A stretch of DNA of 64,000 nucleotides from an uncultured Candidatus Rokubacteria bacterium. GTDB taxonomy: Bacteria > Methylomirabilota > Methylomirabilia > Rokubacteriales > CSP1-6. The stretch's first letter is position 1. Each line of letters begins with the position of its first letter. The notes below the pieces were generated by a model. The model was not told the origin of the DNA. It made no database searches and worked only from the letters and a program-made list of their open reading frames with translations. Location: positions 224,001 to 288,000 of the forward strand of contig CAVWFS010000001.1 in assembly GCA_963754315.1 (NCBI GenBank). Reading direction: 5' to 3'. Shown here piece after piece: positions 61,282-64,000 of this stretch. The position numbers and the translations under genes were made by a program.

Positions 61282-62426
61282 ATGAGGCTCGAACTGACCC
61301 CCGAACAGCAGATGATCCAGGCGATGGCGCGGGAGTTCGCCGAGAACGAAGTCCGGCCCATCGCCGGTGAGCTCGACCGCGACGCGCGATTTCCCCACGA
61401 GACCGTCAAGCGGATGGGAGAGCTTGGGCTCATGGGTATTACGGTGTCCGAAGAGTGGGGGGGCAGCGGCGCCGATACCGTCTCCTACGTGGTGGCCGTG
61501 GTGGAAATCGCCAAGGCGTGCGCCTCTCACGCCGCCATCATGTCCGTCAACAACTCTCTCTACTGCGGTGCCATCCAGCGGTTCGGGTCCCACGCGCAGA
61601 AGGAGGAATTCCTGAGACCCGCCGCCTCCGGGCGCGAGATCGGCTGCTTCGCCCTCACCGAGCCCGAGGCGGGATCGGACGCCACCAATCAGAACACCCT
61701 GGCCCGGCGCGAGGGCGATCACTACCGCCTCAGCGGGCGAAAGATCTTCGTGACCAACGGCCGCGAGTCATCGGCCGCGTTCGTCGTGGCCCAGACCGAT
61801 CGCGCGCAGGGCCGGCACGGCATCTCCGCCTTCCTCGTCCGCAAGGGCACACCGGGCTTCGAGGTGGTGAAGACCGAGGACAAGCTCGGGCTGCGGGCTT
61901 CCGACACGGCGGAGTTTCTCTTCACCGACTGCCGGGTGCCGGCGGCGTGGCGGCTGGGCGAGGAAGGGCAGGGCTTCAAGATCGCCATGTCGGTGCTCGA
62001 CACGGGACGAATCGGCATCGCGGCCCAAGCGCTGGGTATTGCCGAGGGGGCTTACGAGCGTTCCCGCGCCTACGCCGGGGAGCGGAAATCCTTCGGCGTA
62101 GCGATCGGGCAGCATCAGATGGTGCAGTGGATGCTCGCCGACATGGCAACGGCCATCGAGGCGGCGCGTCTGCTCACTCTCCGCGCGGCCTGGCTTCGGG
62201 ACGCCGGACAACCATACGGAACGGCCGCGGCCCAGGCCAAGCTCTTCGCGTCCGAGATGGCTATGAAAGTGGCCTCGGACGCGGTGCAGGTGCACGGGGG
62301 CTACGGCTACATCAGGGAGTACGAGGTGGAGCGATCCTTGCGCGATGCCAAGATCACGCAGATCTATGAGGGAACGTCGCAGATCCAGAAGCTCGTGATC
62401 GCGCGCGACGTGCTGGGAGGCAAGGC

Positions 62427-62430
<4 letters not shown>
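61282..62430 (+). CDS. Acyl-CoA dehydrogenase (short/branched chain type)
   Basis: [51 protein letters not shown]. Confidence 0.93.

Positions 62431-64000
<1,570 letters not shown>

Overview
GC-rich bacterial chromosomal window dominated by catabolic and transport genes. The repeated liv-type ABC clusters, a PF04392-like remnant and GC-rich REP-like hairpins suggest a Rokubacteria/Methylomirabilota-like soil organism; this is inference only. Left to right: a sigma54-type promoter before an amidohydrolase; a broken vapBC pair; a DUF1116-FdrA-small FdrA-tail cluster divergent from a BMP-type nucleoside ABC importer; a circularly permuted ATP-grasp/alpha-E/transglutaminase triad whose transglutaminase ends in a poly-Gln tail; ppc; several oxidoreductases and three liv-type ABC clusters; a TfdA-like dioxygenase; a lone xanthine-dehydrogenase-family Mo subunit plus RutE-like nitroreductase bracketed by an inverted ~70-bp repeat; higBA with a palindromic operator; a decayed mazEF; Uma2; a BVMO; two divergent Tat-exported genes; a nucleotidyltransferase with a small partner; a peptide ABC locus with an internal deletion; a secreted tail-fibre-like gene; a stand-alone trpD; and gntR-etfBA-acyl-CoA dehydrogenase-B12 mutase with isobutyryl-CoA mutase specificity residues. 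Many genes carry single-base indels, clustered near 1.1-1.7, 37.6-38.5, 42.6-46.8 and 55.3-57.4 kb, probably in part long-read errors. No rRNA, tRNA, CRISPR array or transposase was recognised. The best novelty candidates are the peptide-ligase triad with the QQQQ tail, an unannotated 19-aa Lys-rich micro-ORF, the inverted repeat-bounded Mo-enzyme unit, the incomplete AllFG-like cluster, and recurrent leaderless gene starts. All product calls rest on motif recognition by eye; no searches were run.
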